Under the pieces are notes generated by a model. The model was not told the DNA's origin, did not search any database, and was given only the letters and a program-made list of their open reading frames with translations. A stretch of DNA of 64,000 nucleotides. It comes from Eledone cirrhosa (taxonomy: Eukaryota). This document shows, in pieces, positions 45,806-61,136 of this stretch (positions within the stretch are counted from its first letter, which is position 1; every line of letters starts with the position of its first letter). The stretch spans positions 243,722,001-243,786,000 of the forward strand of contig OZ024740.1 of assembly GCA_964016885.1 (NCBI GenBank), given 5' to 3'. A program made the translations under genes and the position numbers.

Positions 45806-46791
45806 TGATTCACATGCAGCAGCTGTGCTGAAACAGCAAGCAAACAGCCACAGGAAACAAGTACCACCAATCTCTGGGAGGGCCCTGTAGAAACAGTAGA
45901 CAGCTTCTGCTACCTAGGTGACCGAATTAGCAACGGAGGTGGGTGCTCAGAAAGTACAATAACTAGGGTAAGAACGGGATGGAAGAAGTTTAGGGAACTA
46001 CTACCACTGCTAGCTGCAAAAGGCTTCTCCCTCAGAATGAAAGGCAGACTGTATGATGCGTGTATCCGAACAGCGATGTTGCATGGTAGTGAGACCTGGG
46101 CGCTGAAGGTGGAAGACTTACGTAGATTAGAGAGAAACGAAGCCTGCATGCTCCGATGGATGTGTAACAGTAATATACGTGAACGACAAAGCATAAATGA
46201 ATTGAGAGAGAGACTGAGCATAAGAGGAATCAAATGCTGCGTGCAGGAGAGGCGGTTACGCTGGTATGGACATGTGATGCGTATGAAGGATGACAGCTGC
46301 ATAAAAAGGTGCAGAGCACTAGAAGTTGATGGAAACCGCGGAGTGGGGAGACCCAAGATGACTTGGGATGAGGTGATAAAAGCCGACCTTACCCAACTAC
46401 ACCTCTCAAAGTCAATGACACACGACCGTGACTTCTGGCGTCACGCAGTAATACAGGGTACCCGACCTCCCATGGGTACATGCTGAAGCATATAAACAAT
46501 ATGCCCCCCCCCCCCCACCGCAAGGTGGTCGTGGAGGTGCCACGGCAAAAAAGCACCCAGCCCACACTGTAAAGTGGACGTGTAGGCGCCACGAAAAAGC
46601 ACCCAGCACTCACTGTAAATGAGGTTGGTGTTAGGAAGGGCATCCAGCTGTAGAAATCAAGCCAGATCAGTTCCTGTATGAGCAAGGCATGGTCAGCCGA
46701 CCAGACACTGCCCACAACAGGACAACCCGTCTAACCCATGCTAGCGTGGAAGAACGGACGTAAAACGGTGATGATGATGATGATGATGATG
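45806..46791 (+). mobile_element. 5'-truncated RTE LINE
   Basis: [23 protein letters not shown]; 3' UTR and (GAT)n tail. Confidence 0.92.
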
Positions 46792-48738
<1,947 letters not shown>

Positions 48739-48873
48739 TGGAATAAATGCTCTGAAATAGCGATATATATGTGAATATAGACATAGAATATTCGAAAATA
48801 TTCTGTATGTTTATAATAAACATTTTGAAGACCTAATCGCTATAGAATGGAATACGTCACGTATTACAATTAG

Positions 48874-48962
48874 ATTCTCGATAAAAGCAAGGGAAGTAAT
48901 CTACGCGTTTCATTCTCGTTAGAAATCATCAGGACCACATATCCAGTGCTTTTATCGAGAAT
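48874..48962 (-). ncRNA. Type I hammerhead ribozyme, unit 1
   Basis: RNA reads GUGGUC-CUGAUGA-UUUCU-AACG-AGAAU-GAAAC-GC-GUA^GAUUAC, with a distal 16-bp perfect stem AUUCUCGAUAAAAGCA/UGCUUUUAUCGAGAAU. Predicted cut between 48902 and 48901. Confidence 0.87.
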
Positions 48963-49183
48963 GACACAGCTAGAGACTTATAGAATACTTAGCTGTGTAC
49001 AGGAACTGGTTTGAAAGAGCGGTTGCCGGTCCGGCAGAAATTAGAAATTGGAATAAATGCTCTGAAATAGCGATATATATGTGAATATAGACATAGAATA
49101 TTCGAAAATATTCTGTATGTTTATAATAAACATTTTGAAGACCTAATCGCTATAGAATGGAATACGTCACGTATTACAATTAG

Positions 49184-49272
49184 ATTCTCGATAAAAGCAA
49201 GGGAAGTAATCTACGCGTTTCATTCTCGTTAGAAATCATCAAGACCACATATCCAGTGCTTTTATCGAGAAT
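49184..49272 (-). ncRNA. Type I hammerhead ribozyme, unit 2 (core variant UUGAUGA)
   Basis: As unit 1 except + strand g to a at 49242, which is C3U in the core. Confidence 0.75.
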
Positions 49273-49493
49273 GACACAGCTAGAGACTTATAGAATACTT
49301 AGCTGTGTACAGGAACTGGTTTGAAAGAGCGGTTGCCGGTCCGGCAGAAATTAGAAATTGGAATAAATGCTCTGAAATAGCGATATATATGTGAATATAG
49401 ACATAGAATATTCGAAAATATTCTGTATGTTTATAATAAACATTTTGAAGACCTAATCGCTATAGAATGGAATACGTCACGTATTACAATTAG

Positions 49494-49582
49494 ATTCTCG
49501 ATAAAAGCAAGGGAAGTAATCTACGCGTTTCATTCTCGTTAGAAATCATCAGGACCACATATCCAGTGCTTTTATCGAGAAT
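49494..49582 (-). ncRNA. Type I hammerhead ribozyme, unit 3
   Basis: Identical to unit 1. Confidence 0.87.
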
Positions 49583-49803
49583 GACACAGCTAGAGACTTA
49601 TAGAATACTTAGCTGTGTACAGGAACTGGTTTGAAAGAGCGGTTGCCGGTCCGGCAGAAATTAGAAATTGGAATAAATGCTCTGAAATAGCGATATATAT
49701 GTGAATATAGACATAGAATATTCGAAAATATTCTGTATGTTTATAATAAACATTTTGAAGACCTAATCGCTATAGAATGGAATACGTCACGTATTACAAT
49801 TAG

Positions 49804-49892
49804 ATTCTCGATAAAAGCAAGGGAAGTAATCTACGCGTTTCATTCTCGTTAGAAATCATCAGGACCACATATCCAGTGCTTTTATCGAGAAT
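49804..49892 (-). ncRNA. Type I hammerhead ribozyme, unit 4
   Basis: Identical to unit 1. Confidence 0.87.
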
Positions 49893-50113
49893 GACACAGC
49901 TAGAGACTTATAGAATACTTAGCTGTGTACAGGAACTGGTTTGAAAGAGCGGTTGCCGGTCCGGCAGAAATTAGAAATTGGAATAAATGCTCTGAAATAG
50001 CGATATATATGTGAATATAGACATAGAATATTCGAAAATATTCTGTATGTTTATAATAAACATTTTGAAGACCTAATCGCTATAGAATGGAATACGTCAC
50101 GTATTACAATTAG

Positions 50114-50202
50114 ATTCTCGATAAAAGCAAGGGAAGTAATCTACGCGTTTCATTCTCGTTAGAAATCATCAGGACCACATATCCAGTGCTTTTATCGAGA
50201 AT
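50114..50202 (-). ncRNA. Type I hammerhead ribozyme, unit 5
   Basis: Identical to unit 1. Confidence 0.87.
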
Positions 50203-50447
50203 GACACAGCTAGAGACTTATAGAATACTTAGCTGTGTACAGGAACTGGTTTGAAAGAGCGGTTGCCGGTCCGGCAGAAATTATTATAAACATACAGAAT
50301 ATTTTCGAATATTCTATGTCTATATTCACATATATATCGCTATTTCAGAGCATTTATTCCAATTTCTAATTTCTGCCGGACCGGCAACCGCTCTTTCAAA
50401 CCAGTTCCTGTACACAGCTAAGTATTCTATAAGTCTCTAGCTGTGTC

Positions 50448-50536
50448 ATTCTCGATAAAAGCACTGGATATGTGGTCCTGATGATTTCTAACGAGAATGA
50501 AACGCGTAGATTACTTCCCTTGCTTTTATCGAGAAT
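50448..50536 (+). ncRNA. Type I hammerhead ribozyme in the inverted unit (sense to the host gene)
   Basis: CTGATGA 50478-50484, GAAAC 50499-50503, GTA 50506-50508 (cut after 50508). Stem I is gtggtc/gattac plus the 16-bp distal helix. Confidence 0.87.
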
Positions 50537-50638
50537 CTAATTGTAATACGTGACGTATTCCATTCTATAGCGATTAGGTCTTCAAAATGTTTATTATAAA
50601 CATACAGAATATTTTCGAATATTCTATGTCTATATTCA

Positions 50639-52746
<2,108 letters not shown>

Positions 52747-52880
52747 GTTGCAGAAACCTTTTAAAAATATAATTAAAATGCACCATGGTTCTCCAGACTG
52801 TGATGACTCGTCATAATGCGAGCATGTTATGAAGTGATGATTATGATATTTAGTAACTTGATTTTTATATAAATTTACAG

Positions 52881-52954
52881 AACTTTACCTCAAATGATGG
52901 GTCAGAAGGCAAATCAAATTATCGTAACCGTTGGGAACCATTCACAGTAGAGAG
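52881..52954 (+). CDS. Alpha/beta-hydrolase-fold gene, exon E
   Basis: aaatttacag / gtacgt; [24 protein letters not shown](R); phase 0 to 2, which bridges exons D and F. Confidence 0.85.
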
Positions 52955-52973
52955 GTACGTTAATCTATACATT

Positions 52974-53016
<43 letters not shown>

Positions 53017-53457
53017 AGGGCTAGAATCTCTGAACCACTCTTTATATATATATCTATATATATCTATAAATATATGTGTATGTATGTGTATTTGAGTGTG
53101 TACATTTGTGTGTATGGATATGTATGGACCTCTTGCTCTCTTTACATATATTAGAGTCAGGGCCTATTTCAACAACTAGTCTGGAACTACTTGTTGAAAT
53201 CGCAAGAGCTCAGCATCGGGCCCCGACTCTTTTTAATATAATCATACTCTATTATCCCAAGTATCTAGTACTCTGTTGAGTAATGGTCTAACTAGTTTAA
53301 AAATGGTTCTATCCTGATATATATATATTTTTATGAACATATGTATCTTTCTCTCTCTCCCTCTCTCCTTCTCTCTCTCTCTCTCTCGCTATCATCATCA
53401 TCACCATTTTACTTCCGTTCTTCCACGCTAGCATGGGTTAGACAGGTTGTCCTGTTG

Positions 53458-54745
53458 TGGGCAGAAGAACTGCACACTCCATGTTTAAGCTGCACATAGA
53501 TCTCACACAGCATGAACACTCTTTTTGCAACATCAAGAAGAACTCACCCAAGGGCAAGCTTCTGCAAACATGCAAGATGATAATTTGGGATGAGGTTACT
53601 ATGAGCCATAAAGGAGCAATTGAAGCTTTGGACCGGACGATAAGGGATCTGAGAGAAAATAGTTGCATAATGGGAGGAGTGACAATGGTTCTTGCTGGTG
53701 ATTTCAGACAAACTCTGCCTGTAATTCTTCGAGGGACTCGAGCTGATCAGGTCAATGCCTGTCTGAAAACATCCTATCTCTGGCCCCACTTTCATGAGCC
53801 TTACAACCAACATGCGAGTACACTTAACTGGTAACGAAGGTGTCAGTGAGTTTGCCATCCAACTACTAAATTGGGAAATGGACTTCTTGAAAAGGACTCC
53901 ATTGACCATATTCAGTTGTCATTTGGCCATATCATTGACACAGAACAAGAACTGATTGCCAGAGTGTTTCCAAACATTCAGACCAGGCAATGTGATCCGA
54001 AATGGCTCTGTGAACGAGCAATCTTAGCACCTAAAAATGTTGCTGTGAAAGAAATCAACAGAAAGCTTCTGGAGATGTTACTAGGAGAGAAAATGTGCTA
54101 CAAATCAGTTGACACAATCACTTCTCAAAACCAGGTTGTAAACTATCCAACTGAATTTTTTAACAGTCTTGAACAAGCAGGAATTCCTCCACACAACCTT
54201 GGAGCATCGGTTATGCTACTTCGCAATCTGGTTCCTCCAAAACTTTGTAATAGCACAAGACTCATGAAAAATATGATGTCCAATGTTCTAGAAGTTGCAA
54301 TCATGTCAGAAAAATTTGCTGGTGACAATTGTTTCATTCCCAGAATACCTCTGAAGCCAACTGATTTGCCATTTGAATTTCAAAGACTTCAGTTTCCGAT
54401 CAGGCTCAGTTTTGCCATGACCATTAATAAATCTCAAGGGCAATCATTGAAAGTCGCTGGGTTGAATCTGGCAGATCCTGTCTTTTCACATGGTCAACTC
54501 TATGTTGGCACAACAAGGGTTGGGAACCCTGATTGTCTCTTCATTGTGGCACCACAGGGCAAAACCAAGAATGTTGTTTATCCAGAGGCTTTGGAATGAG
54601 CAATGTCGTAATTCCTCATTCAATGACAATACACACAGATCCTAATTCCTTAGTCATGTAGTTTGCAAGGAATTCTGAAGCCGCAAATTTACTGCCTGGT
54701 GTTACTTTGGAAAAATATGCAGGCATTCCCGGGTACCTCTGCTAT
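53458..54745 (+). mobile_element. Helitron 3' portion (PIF1-like helicase, frameshifted)
   Basis: TAHS, IIWDE, LAGDFRQ, AILAPKN, QFP..FAMTINKSQGQS, FSHGQLYV; intronless; subterminal GC-rich motif near 54720-54744. A second Helitron-like end (cccgggta..ctgggta..CTAG|T) lies at about 55535-55563. Confidence 0.88.
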
Positions 54746-55574
54746 ATAAAGTAGTATAAGTGAGGACTTTGTTGGGTAGAAATAGCAGCCAAATTTCCTT
54801 CAAATCCCACCTTACTTTCTCAGGTATGTATATATGTATGAAGCAAAAACGAATGGTTCTATGTGATAACTCAATCTACTAGAAATATTAGCAAAATTCA
54901 TTTCAAATCACAAACAACTGTCTTACACACATACATGTGTGTGTATGTATCTATGTATGTCATGAGAGCCACTATAACTGTTGGTATAGCTAATAGAAAT
55001 AGAAAACAAATCTCCCTCAAACAAGATCCTACTGCCATAGAGGCAAAGATTGGTGAAAGCTACAGTGTACAAATTTAAATACACTTTCCCCGAATTACAG
55101 AAATGAGTAAGTAAATACTTCATTCAATCATAAACCAATGCTAAATTTATTATCTTATTTTATTTATGGTTTTTAAAATAGTCTTTACATGTTTGAATTT
55201 CAGAGGTTCAGATTGAGCAAAAAAAAAAAAAAAAAGAAAGAAAAGGATAAATAAAAAAAATCTAAATGTATCTTTTTGGTCATGCCCTTTTCACTGACAA
55301 CATACGTAATCATTCATCTATGAGTAAAGCATTATATATGCTGACTGTAATAGGGAGCAGTATTCAAAAAATCACCACTGGAAAAATCTAATATTTTTAT
55401 CTAGATGATTTACTTTTACCAAACGGCAATAAATATTCTGCTATAATTCCTACTTTGGTTAAAATTCAGCAATCGTATTTGAATGGTCAAATATTTTGTA
55501 ATGTGTGCCAAATATATTGTAACTTTCATAAAATACCCGGGTATCACTGGGTAGCTCAGCTAGTTGTTATATAA

Positions 55575-56834
55575 AAGCAAAGGTGAAAATTCGATATGTG
55601 AAACTTCCATGGTATCACTTTTTGGAAGCTGTTGGCAAGGTTCTCATTAGACTGGAGGAGGATATCTGCCCTATCTCAGAATCATATAGTGGTTTTAGAG
55701 GAGGAAGGGGGAACAGTTAACAGGATTTTCTCTGTAAGACAAATACAAGAAAAATGCATTAAGCAGTGTGTCCCTCTATATCAATTCTTTGTCGACCTAA
55801 TGAAGGCCTTTGACAGAGTTAACAGAGATGCACTCTGGATAATACTTGGAAAAGTAGGATGTCTGCCCAAGTTTGTGAGTATGCTAAAGTAGCTGCACAG
55901 AAATATGGAAGCTCGGGTTACCTTCAATGGTTAACTATCTGGGGAAATCCCAGTTGACAATGGGGTAAAGCTTCTACGCTTTTCTCCATCATCTTTGCTC
56001 CCTTGCTCACACATGCTTTCCATAATTGTGACAAAGGCATTTCTTATGGTTCAGAACCACTGGAAAGGTTTTCAAGTTAAGAAGGTTTAATGCCAAAACA
56101 AAAACTTTTCAAGCTTTGATCTGAGATCTTCTTTATGACACTGACTTCCTAGCACATGCAGAAGCTGACATGCAACACATTATGAACCGTTCTCATTTTG
56201 TGTACACAATTTGGGCTTACAATCAGCCTTAAAAAGACCAAAGTAATGTTTACCCCTGCTCCTGGAGAACCATATACTGAATCCAATATCATAGTTAATG
56301 GAACCAGGTTGGGAGTAGTAGATAAATGTTTCTACTTGCATAGTACACTGTCAAATGATGTAGTTGCAAAACTTTTGAAGAATGTTGTCTGGAACATAAG
56401 CAACTGAAGCGTCAACTCCAGAAGGGTTATGCTCACAGTCTTGATGAAGATATCAGTAGTTGGACATGCAAATTCTGTCAACGTGTACTCCTCTCAAAAG
56501 CTAGTTACTTTAATCACTTAAAGTCACATGAAAGAGCAGCCACCTGCAACACCACTCAACAAACACATGGTGAAACAAGATGCACGATATGCAACAAAGT
56601 GTGTAGAGCTAGTTCCGGACTAAAAAAAGCATATTGTTGTTCATAAAGATTGCATCCCACAAAATGACCCCACCAGTCCTGTTGAAAGCACAACTCTCTT
56701 CTGTCACCTGTGTTGTAAACCATGCAGATCTACAGCTGGTCTAAAAAGTCATCTAAAAGTCATTTATGCAGATGGAAGGAAAATGAAGAATCAATAAGAG
56801 ACATCAATCATCTGTGAAGATGCTGCAATCCTCA
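55575..56834 (+). mobile_element. Decayed RTE-BovB-type LINE fragment
   Basis: QIQEKC, FVDLMKAFDRV, FGLTISLKKTKVM and C-terminal zinc-finger remnants. Confidence 0.82.
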
Positions 56835-57063
56835 TATATGTATGTATTTATATATATGTATATATACATATATGTATTTATATATATGTATATATATATA
56901 TACATCTATATCTATATATATATCTATATATATATATACATACCTTCTCATACTTTATAATAAGGCCTCAACAGTTCCTATTTCCTAAGTTTACTTCACT
57001 TCAATCCTTATCATTTTCCCTTTATTCTCTCTCTCTATATTTTTTCCCTTTCTTTCTCATTAG

Positions 57064-57183
57064 GATGGCTGATGACATGAGACATCTGTTTACCTTGAGT
57101 AGCCAACAGCCTAAACCTTTCATCCTAGTTGGTTCTGAACTTAGTGCACTCTCTGCATATTTCTACGCCCAGATGCATGAAAA
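57064..57183 (+). CDS. Alpha/beta-hydrolase-fold gene, exon F (nucleophile elbow)
   Basis: ttctcattag / gtaagt; (R)MADDMRHLFTLSSQQPKPFILVGSELSALSAYFYAQMHE(N); phase 2 to 2. Confidence 0.92.
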
Positions 57184-58814
57184 GTAAGTTATTGGGATAT
57201 TTGCATTTATGTTTTAGTCACTGATCTGCCACCTGGGATTTTAATCAATCGTTGCAGCTCTAATGTGGGTTTATCATCGCAGAATGGTTAAAGTTTTTCG
57301 CTTCACAATCATAATGTCCTGAGTTCAATCTTACTGTGTGACGTCTTGAGCAAGTGTCATTTACTATAACCTCAGGTCAATCCAAACTTTGTGAGTGAAA
57401 TCAAGTCGATGGAAATTGTTTAGAAGTCTGTTGGATGGACTGTACCTGTAATTCAAAATGTAAGCTTTGTCACATACTGTGTCATGCTAAATCTCCTTAA
57501 GACTTATGTTAATTTCATGAGCAGGTTACTTTGTTGCTCTGGCACACTCATTATCAAAATCAATGGATGTCCATTTTATTCCATTATGTTTCATCAACCC
57601 CAGTACTTATCTGCTATGTATTTTATTGATCTCTATTGTCTCACCAAGATATGGATTTCACACAGATGTACACAACACTGGTTGCTAAACATAAGTACAA
57701 ACATACACACATACATACACATAAATTCCACTCACAAGAAATTATTTGTCCTGATGCTATGGTGGAAGATGGCTATCCAAGGATCTTAAATGGAATCAAA
57801 CCCCAAACCATATGGTTGGTGGAAGTGAACTTCTTAACTACACAATCATGCCCTGACGTATATATTTCAATATAAGTTAAACCCAGTTTTAGAAATTGTG
57901 TGAATATAGCTGGTACAGTTGTTATTATTGTTTAGCAGTAGGTCAAGTGATTGAGCAACGTTTCAGTCATGACCATCTTCTCTTTCGCTTAAGACATTGT
58001 ATATCTAGGATAACATCATCCAATGTCTCCCTTCTTCCTTTAGATGGTAGGGTGTGATGTGAGGGAGATTCTGCTGCTATTTCTAGCAAGTTGAGCCACC
58101 TTGTAGAGGTTTCCCCATGTTAGCTTGTGTGAGATATGGTTTATTAATCCGGTAAAGATTGGGTCGTGGAAGGGATGGCTTCTGAATTTGATGGAGGATG
58201 TTGGTGATTGATTTAAGTACTATAACTCAAATATGTGAAACGGTACTCAGTACTGGCATATCTTTGAAACTTACTCAACAGTTACACAAGATTGGCTGTG
58301 GATTTTATTTATTTATTCTTGGTTATCCAAGGAGAGAAAAGCAGTATCCATGGCTCACTTAAAGGCCTCTGAGATTAGTGAGAGGGAGGAAGGAAATTAT
58401 CCTTAAACTAGAGACGTGGCTTGAATTCTTGTGACAGAATAGACTATGCTAAAGGTACTTAAAGTTCAGCTGGTGGTGTTCAACTAGGGAACAGATTAAG
58501 TCTTCTGCTCAAGTAAGCCACAGCAAGATTTTATCTCAGAATAGAAAGAGCTGGAACAAATATTGCAAGGGATCTTATCCAACAGGTACTTTATTTTATT
58601 GGCCCTAAAGAATGAAAATCTAAGTTGATTTCAGCAGGATTTGAACTCAGAATTCAACTCTTCCAATCTGATATTGGTATTGTTGCCATATATAAGCAAT
58701 GCTACCTCTCACTTTTAGCATTCCCCCCCCCCCCCCCCCCCCCCCCCCAATAATAATAACAAGTCTTTAAAAAAAGCAAGACAGTAATCTTAACTAAATA
58801 CTCTTTAATTTCAG

Positions 58815-58895
58815 TGATGTTACAGGATTGGTGATGATCAACCCAATTGCAGATGAATTATTTGATGCTGACAATGGATTGTGGTCCAGATATTG
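58815..58895 (+). CDS. Alpha/beta-hydrolase-fold gene, exon G
   Basis: ttaatttcag / gtaggc; DVTGLVMINPIADELFDADNGLWSRY(W) (beta6); phase 2 to 2. Confidence 0.9.
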
Positions 58896-59259
58896 GTAGG
58901 CTTCATGATTTATTATTTGACATTCATTTCAAAATGAATTTAACGAGCTGTCAGTTTGTTCTGGACTCTAAAATAAACATAATACAATGTCTGACACTTG
59001 TGACATTTGAATAAAACCAACTTAATTTGTTATTATTTTACTGGTTTCAGTTATCAAACTGCAGCCATGTTGGTACACTGCCTTCAAAAGATTTTAATTG
59101 ATCATACTTATTTTCTAAAGTCTGGTACTTATATTATTGATCTCTATTCCTCAATCTGCTAAGTTATAGGATGTAAACAAACTGTAAATGCGCACACATA
59201 CATACAGCCCCCCGCCCCCCCACACACACACACACATGCACATCATCATCACTGTTTAA

Positions 59260-59468
59260 CCCTTTAGCATTTACTTTACTATATTTACTATTGTATTTCC
59301 ACAGTAAACACTTTACCTCACATAATTATCTCACATAATATCAAATCTACGAGATTTTGATATTATTTATTTTGAGAACAATACCTTAACATCAGTATTA
59401 GCAGCTGGTTATGGCTGGTTTGAACAGAAAGAGATGAGAGAATTCTGGCCGGTTTAAATGCTAAAGGG
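59260..59468. mobile_element. piggyBac-like MITE
   Basis: TTAA duplicated at 59256-59259 and 59469-59472; TIR ccctttagcattta/taaatgctaaaggg. A relative lies at about 16535-16742. Confidence 0.8.
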
Positions 59469-59979
59469 TTAACATCTATTTTCCATGCTTGCATGAGTTA
59501 GATGGATTATCATATTCTGAAGCTAAATTGATCAGGTGATCATGTCGTGCTCGTTTTTTTTTGGATTCTCTGACTGGATGCTCTTTCTCACACCAACCAT
59601 TTTACTGAGTATACTGGGAGCATTGTATCATGACTTCAACACTACACCTTACAATGTATCTGTATGTGTGTATACATATATATATGTGTACACACAGTAG
59701 GGTTCTCCACAGTTTCTGTCAAATTTCACTCACACCGCATTGGTCAAACTGAAGCTATAGTAGAAGATATTTGCCCAGAGTATATGCTGCGAAGGGAACT
59801 CCTAAATGACAAAGAGCAGGTTTGAAAAAAAATCTATTTTCTCTGAATTTGGAGAAAAAATATAAAGAGTGTAAAATTTTAATTACATTCTAATTATTAT
59901 CCACGAAAAAATAAAGCTGTAAAAAAAAATATATTTTTTGAAAGTGTTATTAAATTATTTTCTTCATGTTTTACTGTAG

Positions 59980-60118
59980 GTTTGGTAAAATAATTCCTGA
60001 TTTGCAACTCCTTCAATTTGGTGCTTCTCTTGGAATCTCTCGAATAGCCATCCATTTTGGATTTTTAGAACAACCTCTAAGAGAAAATTCAATTGCTGAA
60101 CAAGTGAAAAATAGACAG
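59980..60118 (+). CDS. Alpha/beta-hydrolase-fold gene, exon H (cap region)
   Basis: tttactgtag / gtaagc; FGKIIPDLQLLQFGASLGISRIAIHFGFLEQPLRENSIAEQVKNRQ; phase 2 to 0. Confidence 0.9.
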
Positions 60119-61053
60119 GTAAGCTAAAACAACTAATCTATTAGAAGAGTGTTGTGGTTTGCTTGAAGCATTGTGAGATGTATAGATGCCAGTGTTATAG
60201 AAGGCTATGGCAATACATGTAGAACATTAGATATCAATAGTAACAATAACAAAGATATTGAAATGTTTAATTTTTCCTTATTTGAGGAAAAATTCAGATT
60301 ATCATGTGTGTGGAGGTTAAGTGCTTGTGTTAAAAGATGTTTTTTCAACAATAAATTGAAGTGAGAAAAAGGTAAATTTAGAGATAAATGATTTCTTTTA
60401 ACATTCTCTTTGTTGAAAGTTATTAGAATGTCAGATAGCATGCATTGTGGTATTCATTTGGCCCTCCATGTTTTGAGCTCAAATTTTGTTGAGGTTAGCT
60501 TTCCCGCTCATCCTGGGGTTGATAATGTACCATTCAAGTACTAGGGTTATATCTTCCCTCTCTGAATTGGCTATGTTGTGCCATGAGAGGGGTTGTGGGT
60601 GGTCCCTCACATTATCTCTTTCTAGCTAAAGGCTAACAGTTCCTTCTCATAAAAAAAACCTGATATACTAGAGAAACTATGCTGTATGGAACAGGAAATA
60701 TTGCTTCTACTTTTGGCACAAGATCAGCAATTTGAAGAGAAGTGGAAAGTAATTAAATTGAATCCCGTGCATTACAGGTATTTTATTTTATTGACCCACA
60801 AGGATGAAAGGCAAAGCTAGCCTTGGTTTTGAACTCAAAACATAAAGGGCTGTGACTATATGCTGCAACTCTCTACAAATACTGCTAATGAAGGCAGTTG
60901 ATTTGGTAGTGTGGTTAGAGGACTGGATATTTGTTCCAGCATTCTACATTCTGAGTTTAAGCCCTCCCCCTTCTCCTTCTCCTTTCCTCTTCTTCTCTTC
61001 TTCATCCTCCTATTGTTGTTGTTATATTTGAAATATTACATTTCTCTTTCCAG

Positions 61054-61136
61054 AAATATCTGTTATGTCATCCAAAACACCTCAGTTCAGCTGTTGATGA
61101 ACACCACTTTATTAATGAGTCTATATCACAGATTAG
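61054..61136 (+). CDS. Alpha/beta-hydrolase-fold gene, exon I (gene continues beyond the window)
   Basis: ctctttccag / gtaaca; KYLLCHPKHLSSAVDEHHFINESISQI; no stop codon reached. Confidence 0.85.

Larger units (their letters stand above)
48737..50638. mobile_element. Candidate non-LTR retrozyme: five 310-bp tandem units (hammerhead on - strand) plus about 1.15 inverted unit (hammerhead on + strand)
   Basis: Period is exactly 310 (ggaataaatgc starts at 48740, 49050, 49360, 49670, 49980). Inversion junction at 50281-50283 shares tta. One hammerhead fold per unit, (TA)n on both flanks, no credible ORF. Confidence 0.88.

Noticed and set aside
48737-50283. CRISPR array, plain satellite or tandem snRNA/5S genes
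   Set aside because: There are no unique spacers and no recognisable rRNA, tRNA or snRNA sequence; the hammerhead fold and inverted arm explain it better.
53457-54599. Cellular PIF1 helicase gene
   Set aside because: Intronless, frameshifted, truncated, intronic and followed by a Helitron-like end.
58723-58748. C26 homopolymer upstream of exon G; also G-rich tracts at 37826-37872 and 40944-40980
   Set aside because: These could form G-quadruplexes, but they are simple or LINE-derived tracts with no evidence of function, and homopolymer length is error-prone.
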